DNA of 33,115 nucleotides from Kipferlia bialata (lineage: Eukaryota): NCBI GenBank assembly GCA_003568945.1, contig BDIP01000081.1:1-33115 (forward strand), given 5' to 3'. The notes below the pieces were generated by a model that was not told where the DNA came from, ran no database searches, and was given only the letters and a program-made list of their open reading frames with translations. Both the position numbers and the translations under genes were made by a program. Below are positions 1-13,000 of the stretch, piece after piece. The first letter of the stretch is position 1. Each line of letters begins with the position of its first letter.

Positions 1-50
<50 letters not shown>
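1..50. repeat. Poly-G homopolymer at scaffold end (poly-C intron tract on the minus strand)
   Basis: 50 consecutive G. Similar tracts flank both N-gaps and the right end of the window. Confidence 0.95.
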
Positions 51-51
<1 letters not shown>

Positions 52-73
52 AGGGATGCACAGTCACACACAC

Positions 74-761
74 CTTGTGCTCAGCAGTATGGTACTGCCG
101 ACGCTGGGTGTGGGGAGCTTCTTGTCCTCAGCACCCACCAGGGAGTAGTTGAGAGCAACCATGGAGAGACCTGGGTGAGGGAGAATATAAATATACATAT
201 ATGAGTGATGGGTATATACTGTATGGTAGGACAGTCATAGGCCTCACCCTTGGGCAGGGCCATGTAGTGGCACCATGCGACAAACTTCTTGGTCATGAGG
301 AGTACAACTATCAGTGCGATGAAGAGCAGGAACCAGGTGCTGGGGTGAGACACACAGAGGAAGGTAACCTTCTTCCCTGCATGGAGAGCACCTATATAAC
401 GCACCAGCAGCATCCACAGGAGCACACCTTGCACTTGATGGACTTCTTGAAGCGCTGGCTATCAGAAAGGAATATCCAGTACAGTGTATGTATAGAGTGT
501 CCCAGGGAGAAATTAGGACAGGTTTGCACTCTCATGCTCGAATTCAGGCACAAATTGATATACTACCACTCTAGAACTGAATGCCATCTCCTAGGGAGGC
601 ATTAACATCAGATATGGGGGCAGGGAACACACTTCGTAATATGGGGTCTGATCACAATACATAATAACTGCACTAACCTCACCACAGCTCCCAACTGTCT
701 TCGTCCTGGGCGCCTCAGAGGGCGGAATACCCCCGTCAGGAAGTTCTGTGTATGTTGACAT
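74..761 (-). CDS. Hypothetical spliced membrane protein, 3'-truncated at the scaffold end
   Basis: Probable start MSTYTELPDGGIPP (ATG at 761). Downstream exons read WIFLSDSQRFKKSIKCKVCSCGCC, then a hydrophobic TWFLLFIALIVVLLMTKK segment, then LSMVALNYSLVGAEDKKLPTP, using ctcacccag-type acceptors. The exon chain between about 480 and 680 could not be resolved. Confidence 0.5.
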
Positions 762-1086
762 TATATACCAGATACACACTGAGAAGGTGTTGGCATTGTC
801 ACTTCAACTACTGTACCCCTTATCGATAGTACAAAAAACACATTTTTGGAATAGGGGTCTTTAGGCCTAGCACTGCCGCACAGCAACTGGAGCAGCAAAC
901 ATACATGAATAGGGACGACTCAACACACAATACGATTCTATTCAGAGACAAGCATTAATTAGCCATAGAAATTGACTGAAAAGGGAGAACCTGGGGATGG
1001 TTTCCACAGTAGTATATAGTACAAATGTGTTTGGGTCCTGAGACCCGGGATGTCCTACTGGCCACACACATAGAAGCCCCTCTGCC

Positions 1087-4000
1087 CTATACGATGTCAA
1101 AGTAGGCCCCGGCACTGATCCAGTACCCCTGCCCCACTCTGTCGCTGAGGGACACCCTGCCAAGCTGTCGGTTGCCTAGGGGTGAGGGGCGCAGGGGGCT
1201 GAGTCTCAACCTGCAGTTACTATATATGACACCGACACATGCCAACCCACCTAGCACCACGGGTATGGACGCCCTACCGGCCCCCCCTAGCTCCAGAGAG
1301 GGTATGTGGCTCAGATGCATGTCACTGCGCTGGAATGAGAGGGGGGCCATATCATCTCTGGGTGTATCTAGCTATCTCATGTTATACGCTCTAACCTGGC
1401 CCAGACTCACGAGTGACATGCTACTCTCACTGGAGACGTCACTGTGGGCCCTCGAGTCCAGGGCCCCCTGGCACTCACTGACCACCCGGACATACACCTC
1501 TGTTACCTCAGAGGGGATGAGGAAGGAGGACACGACGGGGTGCGTCCTGTCTGCAGACAGTCGGAAGCCACACATAACAGCCCTCAGCCGCACCACCGGG
1601 GACTGCCTTCTGTCTGACCCAGGGGCAGGGGGCACGACAGACACCTCATAGCGGCAGTCACACTGCCTGGACGGTGAGGGATACAGTGAGGGATAGTGTG
1701 AGTAACGGTCACTGGTGCCATAGTATCAATACCGACCCACCTGATTCCCTCGTGGTTGGCAAACAGAATCATAAGGGAAGACAGCAGAGACCGTTTGCCA
1801 GAGAGGGTCTTTATGCCCGAGACGTCACACGGCACCTCATGCCAGTGTGAGACGGGATAGGAGAGGAGGAACCTGTACACCACCGACTGAGGTGAGAAGA
1901 CACCTCCCATATCAAGAAGCAAGATGCAGCTAACAATGAAACTCCATTCTCTACCAACACATAGAAAAACACTCCTTCACGGTTGCAATGTCGTGTGTAC
2001 CTGTGTACTGGGCGAGTGTCTGAACGTGTCGTCCTCCAGTGAGTTGATGGTATCGAGCAACTGTTCCGAGAGATAGTCGAGTCTCGCCTCGCTGCTACCA
2101 CTCTCCTCTCCCCTAACACCCTCTGTGTCATCGGTATCTGGCCGGGGCCCTGCGTTCCCACTGGTCTCCCTACAGCTAAGAAGATGGATATTTTAGAGGG
2201 TGTATTCAATCTAGTGAATAATGCAGCAGTACACAATACCCAGCTACCGGAGAGTATCCACACATTGATGCTACCTTGCCGCGTGTGACTCAGAACGTGT
2301 GGCTATCTTCTCTGCGGAGGGGGGTCGCAGATTGCGCAGATCCGTGTGCAGACGCTCAATCTCCCTAGTGTAAGAGAAACACGGGAGTAGAAGTAGCGTA
2401 CATCAAAGACCCCACCCACCCTGGTCGGTAGTGTATGTCCTGCACTCCGATGATGTTGAGAACATCCGCAGTGGAGCACCTCTGCCCGTCTCCCGCATAC
2501 ACCTTGTGTTGCTTGTCGACCAGTGCCTGCGGTTATTATATCGTATGGGGACTAATTGAACACCCCAATATGTCGTTACTCAGCCATCTGTGGCACTAAG
2601 GAAGAATCGTTTGGATGTGTGCATACCTCTATCTGTGATGGGTCAGTGACGGCTGTCATCTGCAGGGCCTGGGCACTGGGGTAGTAGAGGGCAATGCGGA
2701 ACTCGCCGTACTCAGTCTGAGTGAGTGCGCGGTACGTGTGTTTGTAATGATTACGATTTATGAGATGGTATACATGACCGTACCACGTGCTCCAGTGCGT
2801 TGCTGAGTCCAATCGCTGGCTTCTGTGACGCGTGCTTCACCACGCCTCTCTTTTGGACTGTCCCACCGTCGCTGGGAGTGTTTGACACCACACTTCTGGC
2901 AGAGGTAGGTACGGAGACCCGAGACCTGGTTGTGAGGGTGATGAGGAGGTATCAGAGGGGGAATCAAATATGCAGCGAGTACTCACCTAGCGCTTCTCCT
3001 CGAGGCAGATGTCTTGGCGGTCATCCCGGTCTTGTTAGTCATGCCAGTGATGCCTGAGATCAGAACGCTATAGAGACATATATACTGAGACACCAGAATA
3101 GTGTACTCACTGGACAGAGCCTTCACCCCAATAAACACTACACCACTTGTCAACGTATAGGTCCCTACCTGTCCGCTGGCTGAGGCATGCGTTGTCTTGC
3201 CCCCTCAGAGCATCTACCCCCATCCATTCACTACCCTGCCCGTTGGCACAGTGTCGGCAGAGGCCTGGGGGTAGGGGGTCTTAGGTGCAAGTGACACTTG
3301 ATATGCCACATACATACATACAGGCAGCGGTACATACAGGTATATATGCTTATACCCACCTGGAAACTCCAACTGGACAGGTAGCAGGTGACACACATAT
3401 CCAGAGAAACACACGGTGTCCGTCATTTGCCTCAGATATCTACGCGTTATGAACTGAGCCAAAGGTCGAGGGACACCTGAAAGTAAGATTTCCCTATTTT
3501 CAAACAGAAGAGAAATAGTCTCAAACACACCAGAAGTGAACCGGTCTTGCCACGTGAATGCCCCATAGAAGTTGGTTGGGGTTCTGGTGCAGCATATCTC
3601 AAGTAGGCCTCTCTCGGCAGACTCCTGAGTAGTGAGTAGTGAGTAGTCAGTAAGGAGAAGTAGGCATTGACTTGATATTTCTGTTAAAGAGGTTGTCGGT
3701 GAGACGAGTATAGGAGTGCCGCTACCTGTCCAACTAGAGGGATGCCCTCCTGGGTACTAATACGGGTACCCATGGCCCTTGGGGTGTTGACTGACAGACC
3801 CCCTAGGTCTCTGCTGGCACAGGAGGAGATGGTGGACGAGACAGACCTGGCTGAGGCAGTACGGCCAGGGGTGGAGGGTATCTGGGCAAGCGCGGGATTC
3901 CTGAGGTTATGGCGTGTGTCACTGCCTATTAAGGTATGAGTAGTGAACTATACCTGACACTCACGAAACCAGCAGCCTTGGTATCTCTGCTGAGTAAGGG

Positions 4001-7000
4001 CACGTCATAGAGATGGGACGCATCCTGTGTAAGAAGGGACAGATAGTGTAGATGTATCTGTCTGCTCCATCTCTCCATACCTGCCCATAGGCTACTAGGA
4101 ATCTACTTAGGGTCCCGATCTGTCGGATGCACAGACCCACTCCGATCTGGGCCTCCAGCGGAGACGCATGGTTGGCTGTGACGTGGAACTGCCTCTGGCC
4201 ACAGGACAGAACCATGCCGCTGAGCACCCGCCTCATCTTGGTGGAGAAGGCGGGGGAGACAAAGACAGGGACGGAGACGGTGGGGGTGGAGAGGAAGTGG
4301 GGAGTGGACGAGAGGGCCTGTAGTGTGACAGGAGGAATCATGTCTGAGGGGTCAGAGAGGAGTGACAGCAGAATGATACCGAGTTCACACATGAGGTCAC
4401 GTACCATATGCAGCCCGTATAGGAGACTGCTCACATCTGACACAGGTAGATACGACAGCACGCCTTATAAGGAGATCCAGGAGGCGCTTGTTGCCTGAGA
4501 GATCGGTTCTAAGGTGAGGAAATGAGTGGGAAAACACCAGAACAATTGATGGGTGTTACCTCACTCTCCGAGTGACTACCACTATCATCTTCATGGGTTG
4601 ATGCAGAATGGGATCAGACACATCCAGAAGCCGCAGAGAGTTCCATTGCACGATGGCAACCCTGGGAGTCAGATAGAGGTTCCTGCCGTTCATTCTGACC
4701 AACGCATAAACAATTACTGAAGCAGAGGCGGGACGTTGGAGTTAACACTGGACGAGTCCCTACCTCTTAGGTGACATGTTGTGGTGCAGGCCGTAGCAGG
4801 GCTGCATCCCACACTGAGAGTGAGAGGCATGGATACAGTACCCATATACAGTGGCCATAGCCGATAGCGGTTCGAACACATTCAATCATCACTCCAACTA
4901 TAACGGTACCTGCTGGAGTGACTGTACTAGGTGCTGCTCCGTGCTTGCTGTCAGCTCCTGGTTGATCAGTGCCACGGCTATTGTCTGGGTGCTCTCCACA
5001 AGACCTGTGACAAGAGCCTGGATCTCCACCTGAGTGTTAGGTCACAAACATTGGTGTAGTTGGACATAAAAGTACAATATTATACGTACATTCGCATGAA
5101 TACTTGGACGAAACATACCAATATGTCGAATGCATCGTACATATATACAGAGGAATACCTGAGCCAGTGGTATCTTGAGAGCAACTGCGGTATTGACCAT
5201 CTGCTTGTCTACCCGGGCCTTCCTTCTCTGGGCTGCCCTTGTTCCCTCATCGGTAGACAGAGCCCTACACCAGGCACCAGCCTATCGGTGAGATGGAAAC
5301 AAGATAACATGGGGTCCTAACCCAGATGGACGGAGACTCAGAATACTGGCCCACAGCATTTACATCCTTACCGCAATGAGGGCTGAACTGTGGCACAGAC
5401 AGCACATGGCTCCCAGGTGCAGCTGCAGGGTCCTGGGATGAATTCATTGAGCTCACGGTATCTCAATTGCTCACATGCACATTCACTGGTCGTGGTCACT
5501 CACCTGTCACTGAAGGATGTTCCTAGGCAGTCTGGGAGCCGCAGCTGCTTCTTGACCTTCCTACCGCCAAGAATGGCCTCTCTTCTCGAGTGGTTACCAA
5601 GCAGCGAGGACAGGAGAGACAATCCTGGGTCAAGGAAGACATGGAGACGTAGAAGATAGTAATATGCTTGAAAATACCTCCGTCGAGGTCAGTGGCCAAT
5701 AGAATGGCGTCGGCAAAGGCGGCATCGGTGCTCACAACGCTCTAGAGTGTGAGAGATAGTAGTGTGAATGTACCCCATGATCTTATAGGGTCCTAACACC
5801 ACGTGTGGATAGAAGTGTTGTTTGAATACACACACACATACATAACTATATATATATGTACCTCCATTAGTCCCGAGTACATGGGAGCAAGCGCCTCAAG
5901 CACCGCAAGGCGTCTAAATGCCTTCGACAGAACAGGATACATGCAGAGTGGGGACGCGCGACTACTAAGCGCTATCTCGTAGATTCGATCAACTTCAGCT
6001 GGGTCTGCCAGGGATGCCATCCTGGAGAACTGACCCCCCAAGGCATACTGGGGTGGGTCGGTGGTCCATAAATGAGACACATGCATTCAATTGGCTTACA
6101 ATCTTTACATACCACTATAGCCGACACTGTTGCGGTATCGAGTTCCTCTGTGAAGACTAACTGGGCAGTGTTGATGATGAGCACTAAGAGCTATGGTGAG
6201 GCAGGAGAAACAAGAAGGAGTGGCTAAGTATTCCGCAAATTGTAGTTAGACGTGTACCTGTTGCTGCGGGAGGTCATAGAGAGCATTGGGCTCAGCTGTA
6301 CTCGCAATGAGAGCGTTGCATGACTGGATGTAGAGCCTACGCATGGTAGTTGTGTTGAGGGATGCAAAACCCTTCAAGGAGACGTGCTCTGCAATGACCG
6401 AGGTGAGAAGGGCGAGCTGGTTGGAGAGCCGTCCAGTGTCTGTGGTTAGAGATATCGTTGAGGACAGCTTAGCAGTACTGAGTCACACTATACTAAGCTG
6501 CGTACTTCGCATCATGGGACTGGGGAACCGAGCCATGTGGGCACTGATCATGTTGACCCCCCTCGTGAGCCCATAGTCTATGCCGGGCTTGGCCCACAGT
6601 GCTGCCAGGGAGTGGTGGGACTGGTTGACGTCCTTGCTCAAACCAAGCATGTGGCCTGATGTCAGTCATGGTTTGATATGCCTTCCGATGCTAATTGTAT
6701 CATGTACGTCACACTACTCACTTGTGCTTCTGATGATGGCCGATGACGATGTAAGTGAGGGGGCAGTGGTGACTAGTTGGCCCATAATGGTCCTCAGATC
6801 CCCCCAAAAACGTCCTCTCAGGATATCCGGAGCCTCTTCCGCTAATGCAGCCTGTGTGAGCAGAATACATAGTTAGTACTTGAAAGCGTATGACCCGGGT
6901 TACTCCCTGACACGTCTTATTCACCCACCTGTTGGAATGGGCCAGTGTCTGACGCCCGTGCCACCTGCTGCAGGACGTTGAGTATCTCGAGGGTCAGCGT

Positions 7001-10000
7001 GGGCTGGACGGCTCGGCAGTCCATCAAGGTGCAGCTGGGGGAGTAGGCTGCGGGATCCATACACACATGTAACCACATCTTGTGCACTGGCTGTCTGAGA
7101 CGGCACTTGTGGGCACCGTCCTGGAGGTGAGTGGGGGGATATCACGATAACCAGAAGGTAAAATAGACATTCACGCTGATAATATACACTCTGATAGCAT
7201 ACACTGTATGGGACTCGCAGCTACCACACCTGGAACAACAGTATCTGCCCGGGTCTCGTGTTCCTCGCATAGAAGAACCGCACTATGAGGGTGAGGAACT
7301 CTTGGGCGCCTGCTGACACCACCTCTCTCCCGCTCAAGATGATATGGGCACCCGCGTTGATTGCCTTACATGCCATGGGGAAGAAGAGGTGGCCGGGGAG
7401 ATCCATGGGAAGTACCACAATGTTGCAGCGCTTACGTGCCATAGCCATCACCTTGGCATTGTCTGCCTCGGTGTTACTCGCCTTGAGCATATCGAGTAAG
7501 CCCTCCCTCCACATCAGGAGGCACGACGCCACCTGGGGTCCTGACTCCTTGTCGAGAAAGGGTATGCAAGTGGGGTAGTGCACTGTGGCGTAGCAGGCCC
7601 TGACGCAAGAGAGAAGGGCAGTGTCTACAGCTGGAAGCGCCCCAGCGTAGAGCCAGAGGAATGGCTTCGGGCTCTTCGCAGGGGGATACATGAAGTAGAA
7701 CCTGTTGGCCATGGCTGTGACAAAGAGTGAGGTGGACAACTGTACAGATCCCATATCCTCGATGCCACACAGGTTCTCCACCACCCCTCTGAGGTCTTGG
7801 AACTCAGGCTCCGTTGCGGCGTTCAGCCAGAACTGTTCTGTGTACATGAAGAGAGTGGCGAAGTTGGCACCCCGGTTGATCAGGAGCCTGTGCTCGGATG
7901 GGTCTGTCTCACTACGTGGTGTGAGTAAGGCCACACCCTGCTTGAGGTCGTGTAGGTACCTCATGGTAGTCGAGTCTGTCTCGTCGATGAAGGACTCGTG
8001 TCTCTCGAGCTCCGCCAGGAAACTCGAAATCTCAGCCCGCTCTGCACGGGCTCTCTCCATGTATCGATTCTTAGCACTGAGGCCAAATGCAACGTACTTG
8101 TTGAACTCTACCCTGTTTCTGGCATCCAGGTTGCAGAGGGCCCCAAACATACCAGCCAGCTTCTCCATAAACATCCGGATGACATCCATACCGTCTCTGT
8201 TGTTGTTGAAACGTCTGTCCAGGTACCTGTGATCAAATGATCGTAAGAATCGTAGTAATACATATAATGTCGTAATGTATAGTGATACCTGTACATGGAC
8301 GGTGTTGCCTTCAGAAGGTTGGCTGTTCTGGTCGGGAAACCCATATTGAGGTTGAACGAGAGTCGCTCCTCTGGTGGCTTACCACTGGTAACCACAACGG
8401 CTAGGTGCTGGGCCATCTTCATAACCAAGGTACACGCATCAGGTTGAGGGAGAGAGTACTTCTCTGCGAGAGAGAGATACATCTGACCCAAGGCGGCTCT
8501 TGAGAACACCGGAGGTACGAGCCCCTTGTTGAATGCAACCAGACACTGCCGCAGAAGAGGTGAGTGTGGTATCTGGTCTCCAGGGATGTGGAGCAAGACA
8601 CGGGAGAAGAGAGTGCGCTCAGACGGGTACTTGCCATGGATCTGGCTATTGACGTCTCCCCCAGGGAAGATCTTGTAAGGAGATACATTGCAGTCCACTT
8701 CGATACCGTTCTGGGTATCACTGAGGGGTAGGGCCAGCCCAGCCGGGAGTCCGCAGGAGAGCACAATGGCAAGTCGGATGAAAGCTGCTATGCGTGCCTC
8801 CTGTCCCGGTAGACCCATTGATGTCCATATGATGTGCTGGAGGTTAGACTCGTGGGACTCTGCGACGGGGATGCCCCTGAAGACTAGGTCGATGTCCACA
8901 ACCATCCGGGGGAGGTACCGCTCGTGCTGAGATCCAAAGAAGGATGCGCTGGAGTCGCTAACGCCCGACACTGTGGACTCGTCCAATGACACGGCACCGC
9001 GTAGACTTGGACTACCATCAGGCATATGCCTGTTCTCCTCCACGTTGATGAAGGCCTCTCTCTTCTTTGCAAGGGTGGTATTCTCCCTGGCCAGCCTAGT
9101 GAACCCCGGGGTTACAACGTGGCTCAAAGAGGTGTTGAAAGCAAGCATCTTGAACAACAGCTGTGCTGTTCGGTACACATCCATGACGTCCTTGTCGAGC
9201 AGCGACATGGTAAGAGTCGGTACCCTAAGCGCCTTCAGACCACTGCTCATACCAACATCATCCAGGGTCCGGGCCACACTGTTGTTGACGGCCATCCAGC
9301 ACTCCTGCTGCACCGCCATCTTGAGCACGGTGGGCACAATGTCAGGATGCTCCACATGCAGCTCGGACAGTATGTCCTGTAGGGGGTACATGCTGTGCAG
9401 GAGGGGGGCAAAGCAGTCATTGACGAAGTAGAACGTCCTGGGAGGCGGCGCTCCCGTTCCACTGTGGAGAGCTGTCAGAATGTCAGACCAAGCCCTCTTG
9501 TCGGTGGGTGACACCGACGCCTGGAGGATAGCTGAGCGCTCATTGGTAACATGGCCAAAGCCTCCCTCCGCAATCTGATCCTTGAGAATCCTGTTGAGTG
9601 CTACAAGGGTCTTGAGGGGTAGACTCCTGTCCACTATCCTCAGAGTGGCTACAAATATGGTCGTTGGAGTGACATAGTACATCGAGGGGTCCTGCTTCGT
9701 CGCTACAAGGCCCATTCTCTTTATACTTTCCAGAAGTCGTAGCGGCGAGAGATCCTAGCAGTAAGAAAGAAAACACAAATGTATACAGAGAGACATCAAT
9801 AGAGCCATACCATTGTATCACACACCGCCATGAGGCTCTTCAGCAACACGGGTCTGAACTCAGCAGGGTGGTCTGGGTGGATTGGGAACTGCGAGAATAG
9901 TCCCTCCACCAAGTTGTAGTCGATGAGCTGATCACCGTTGAATACTATGGCATAGGATGGTAACAGCTGGCATGACGGATCGGTCTCAACCCTCGACAAG

Positions 10001-13000
10001 TCGATGTGCGTCTCCGCCATCATCGAGAGTCCCTCCAGCCTGACAGTGGTCACGGCACTCGAGAGTCCGTCATCCTGTTCAACCGGAAGGATAGGCACTG
10101 GACGCTCCCTGATACTGTAGATGTCAGCGGTTGAAGCTGTGTCTGTCACCTGTACTCTCCTAGACACCAGCTGTCTGAATGTGGACGGAGCCAACAGCTC
10201 CTTGGCCGTGGCCGAGTCCTCCTCCAACAGAACTGCCAGGCCGTGGCTGAAGAGCGGGACAAGAGATCCATCGGCAGCTCTAGTGATGTGGTTAGAGAGC
10301 CCATCAGCAACTCCAGATAGCGCCACATGCCCGATAGTGCGGAAGAAACTAGGAAGCAGGTTGGAAGCGGCTGCTACCGCCCAGCTCTTACCCACAGTTC
10401 TGGTCGAGTTAATGATACCAGGAACACCAAACAACATGCATGCAGCCATGGAATGTGCAAAGGCCCTGTTAGTCGAGGTAAGTACTGGGGGCATCGTCCA
10501 CCTGGAGTTAAGTTCGATGATCTCATTCCAGACAGTTAGTGTTACTATTGCCAAAATATATGGGTAACAAACACAATGCACCTTGGATGGGTCATATAGA
10601 AGTCCTCTAACTCCACTGGGTCCCTTAGTGTGTAAGTCTCTAACTGAGAGATCGCAGGGTTGTATCTGAGGGGGACAAAGGCCTCTGGGTCAAGACTCGG
10701 ACAGCAGTCGATCAGGGTAGGGGCTGTCAATGCGCTGAACTCAGGGTGGGTGACCCTCAACTTGTCCAATGCGTGTTCCTGCGTAGTGACGTCAACCATG
10801 AGCTGGTACTCTCCACCATAGTCAGCCTCAAATGCGGTCAAGAAGGTATATGTGGTGTATACGACGGCAAACGCCGACATAAAGAGGGAGACGGAGTGAC
10901 CAAGGGTAGAGGAGCTGCCAAACGAAGAGAAGTAAGGCACGGATGGGACTATGTCCAAGACCGGACCCACATTGGGAAGACTGAAGAGGGATGGGTCTCT
11001 GTGGATCTGATCTACGAGGATACGTCCGTCAGATGCCCCAGATATATCAATATTGACCGGGTGGGGCCTTAGGGTCACCGCACCTTGCTCCGACAGGAGC
11101 CACCACATCACTGCCTGATTGTGAGATACGTGAGTGGAAGGACAGAAAATCGTAAACGAGTATATACTATTCATAAGCCTTCATGCGCCGTACCTGGGCG
11201 AAAGACCCCTCCAGTGAGCTGAGGTTGACATCAAGCATCTCCCAGAACCGACTGACTGCCCCGAAGAAGTAGGAAACGGGGTCGCTGCTGTTTGTGATAT
11301 CGGGCCTAACCCCTGTGTGGCTGAGAACAGAGTGGCGCATGGCAGCAGGCACACACACCATGTCCAGGTTGACTCGGAGGACGTGGACCCTGAAGAAGGA
11401 GTGGGCAGGAAGGGCGGGGCTGATGAATATCCGCCTAGGTGTCCTGCCCCCTCGGATGAGCATGGTGAGGTCGGCAGCCTCTCCTTCCCCAACATGCCCC
11501 AACTGTAGGCCTGTTGGGTCGAATGACATGTCAACCACGTGCCAATCCCTGGTCTTCTCAACGTTACTCTCGGCCTCATCTATGCTCCGCCGATAGCTGA
11601 ATGTGGACTGTGACTTCTCTGCTGCATGTTGAACTATGGCGAGTGCAGAGGAGATGCATGGTGACTGGATCCACACGGTCCGGCATGGGGCCTCCAAAAG
11701 GGTTCTCAGCCACGATGCAGCATAAGCGCCCTCTCCCGAGAGCACACCTACTGGCTCCATATACTGGGGATCTTCTGTCTCTCTCTCTCCGTCGACACTT
11801 GACCCAAAAGCGGCTGAAACAGCTGAGAGGAGGCCCTCTCTGTCGTCTGGCAGGAAGGACATGGAGAGGTACTTGTAGACAGCAGCCTCTGGGGTGTCTC
11901 CTGTCTCCATCTCATCCACCTCAGTACAGTTGGGACTGTGCCTGCCTCTGTTTCTAATTGCCATGGCAACACCAAGGTCTTGAGGGTCTAGGAAAAGACG
12001 TGGGTTGGAATGTGCAAAAGAAGATCTGAGTGCTAAGCAAGGTTTCCCTGCGCTCTTGGGAATAAACCTCAGTCTCTCGGCAGCTGGCCGTACGTCAACA
12101 TATCTGGTAGTTAGTGTTGGTTAAGTATACACTATACACTACATTCAGTCCATCCCAAATCCTATACCTAATGGCTGAGTTGCGAGGTAGTCCCTGAGGT
12201 ACGGCGAAGGGACCTGTTTCTAGCACGGGGAGCCACACCATCAGTGCCCCAACAGTGTGTTCTGAGGGGTGGGCAGCCTTGCCAAGAGGACTACGCACAA
12301 CACAGAGGTCGGTGTCGGAGGTCTGGGAAGTAAGAAAGAGTACCGAGAATACCAAGTATACAAACTATGAACCTCCGATTGGGGTGTCTTAGGACCACTG
12401 GCATAGGGAAACTCTCCACCGGCCTGCAATGTTGTTGCGATATCCTCAAAAATCTGTACGTGTCTAAGAGGTGCGTCTTCTAGCCCAACGAGGTAGACGA
12501 GGTGACCATCCTGGGTTAAGACATGGAATGAAAGAACGTGTCCCATCACTACGTACCAGTAGAAGATTAGACAGTGTGCAACCCATTTCACAGGGGTCTT
12601 CGAACTCACTAATGGCAAGGAAGAATGGCGACATCCCAAGGAGCATGGCGACCTGGACTCAGTGAATAATAGAAGTAATGTGCCTCAAACAAAACAGTAT
12701 TTGAGGTGACAACACCACTCCAGTTGTTTCGTCATGAAGAGTAACAATAACCCGTACCGATATGAAGTATCTCATTGTCGACTTCATCACGGAACCGCGG
12801 GAGTTACACACTCCTGGGGTTAGTGACAGACCACGTGCATATATTGGACATAGGTACCTATGGTGATACCAGTCGCCAGCAGAGCAGTCAGCTGGGCACC
12901 GCTATCATCATCGTTCAACTGAGATGATACGACATCCTCTCCACCACCTGGGGTGAATACAAACAACAGATATACATATTCTTGTAGAGTCAAACCACTC

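Noticed and set aside
480..600. Possible non-AG acceptor (cctaatttctccctgg) in the first minus-strand gene
   Set aside because: The exon chain cannot be fixed by protein homology, and canonical alternatives exist.
4440..4510. In-frame TAA at 4465-4467 suggesting stop-codon reassignment (as in hexamitid diplomonads)
   Set aside because: Using the consensus acceptor ctcaccttag gives an open frame (KRLLDLLIRRAVVSTC). TAA and TAG also terminate other genes in this window.
9826..10501. Assigning the GKS-containing module as AAA1
   Set aside because: A better gap-free AAA1 match lies at ~12100-12900, followed by an AAA2-like module. The ELL..RQ and lid motifs here fit AAA3.
7221..11964. Five head-to-tail overlapping minus-strand ORFs resembling a bacterial operon or viral insert
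   Set aside because: Each junction contains a GT-AG intron with matching phase, so they are exons of the dynein-like gene.
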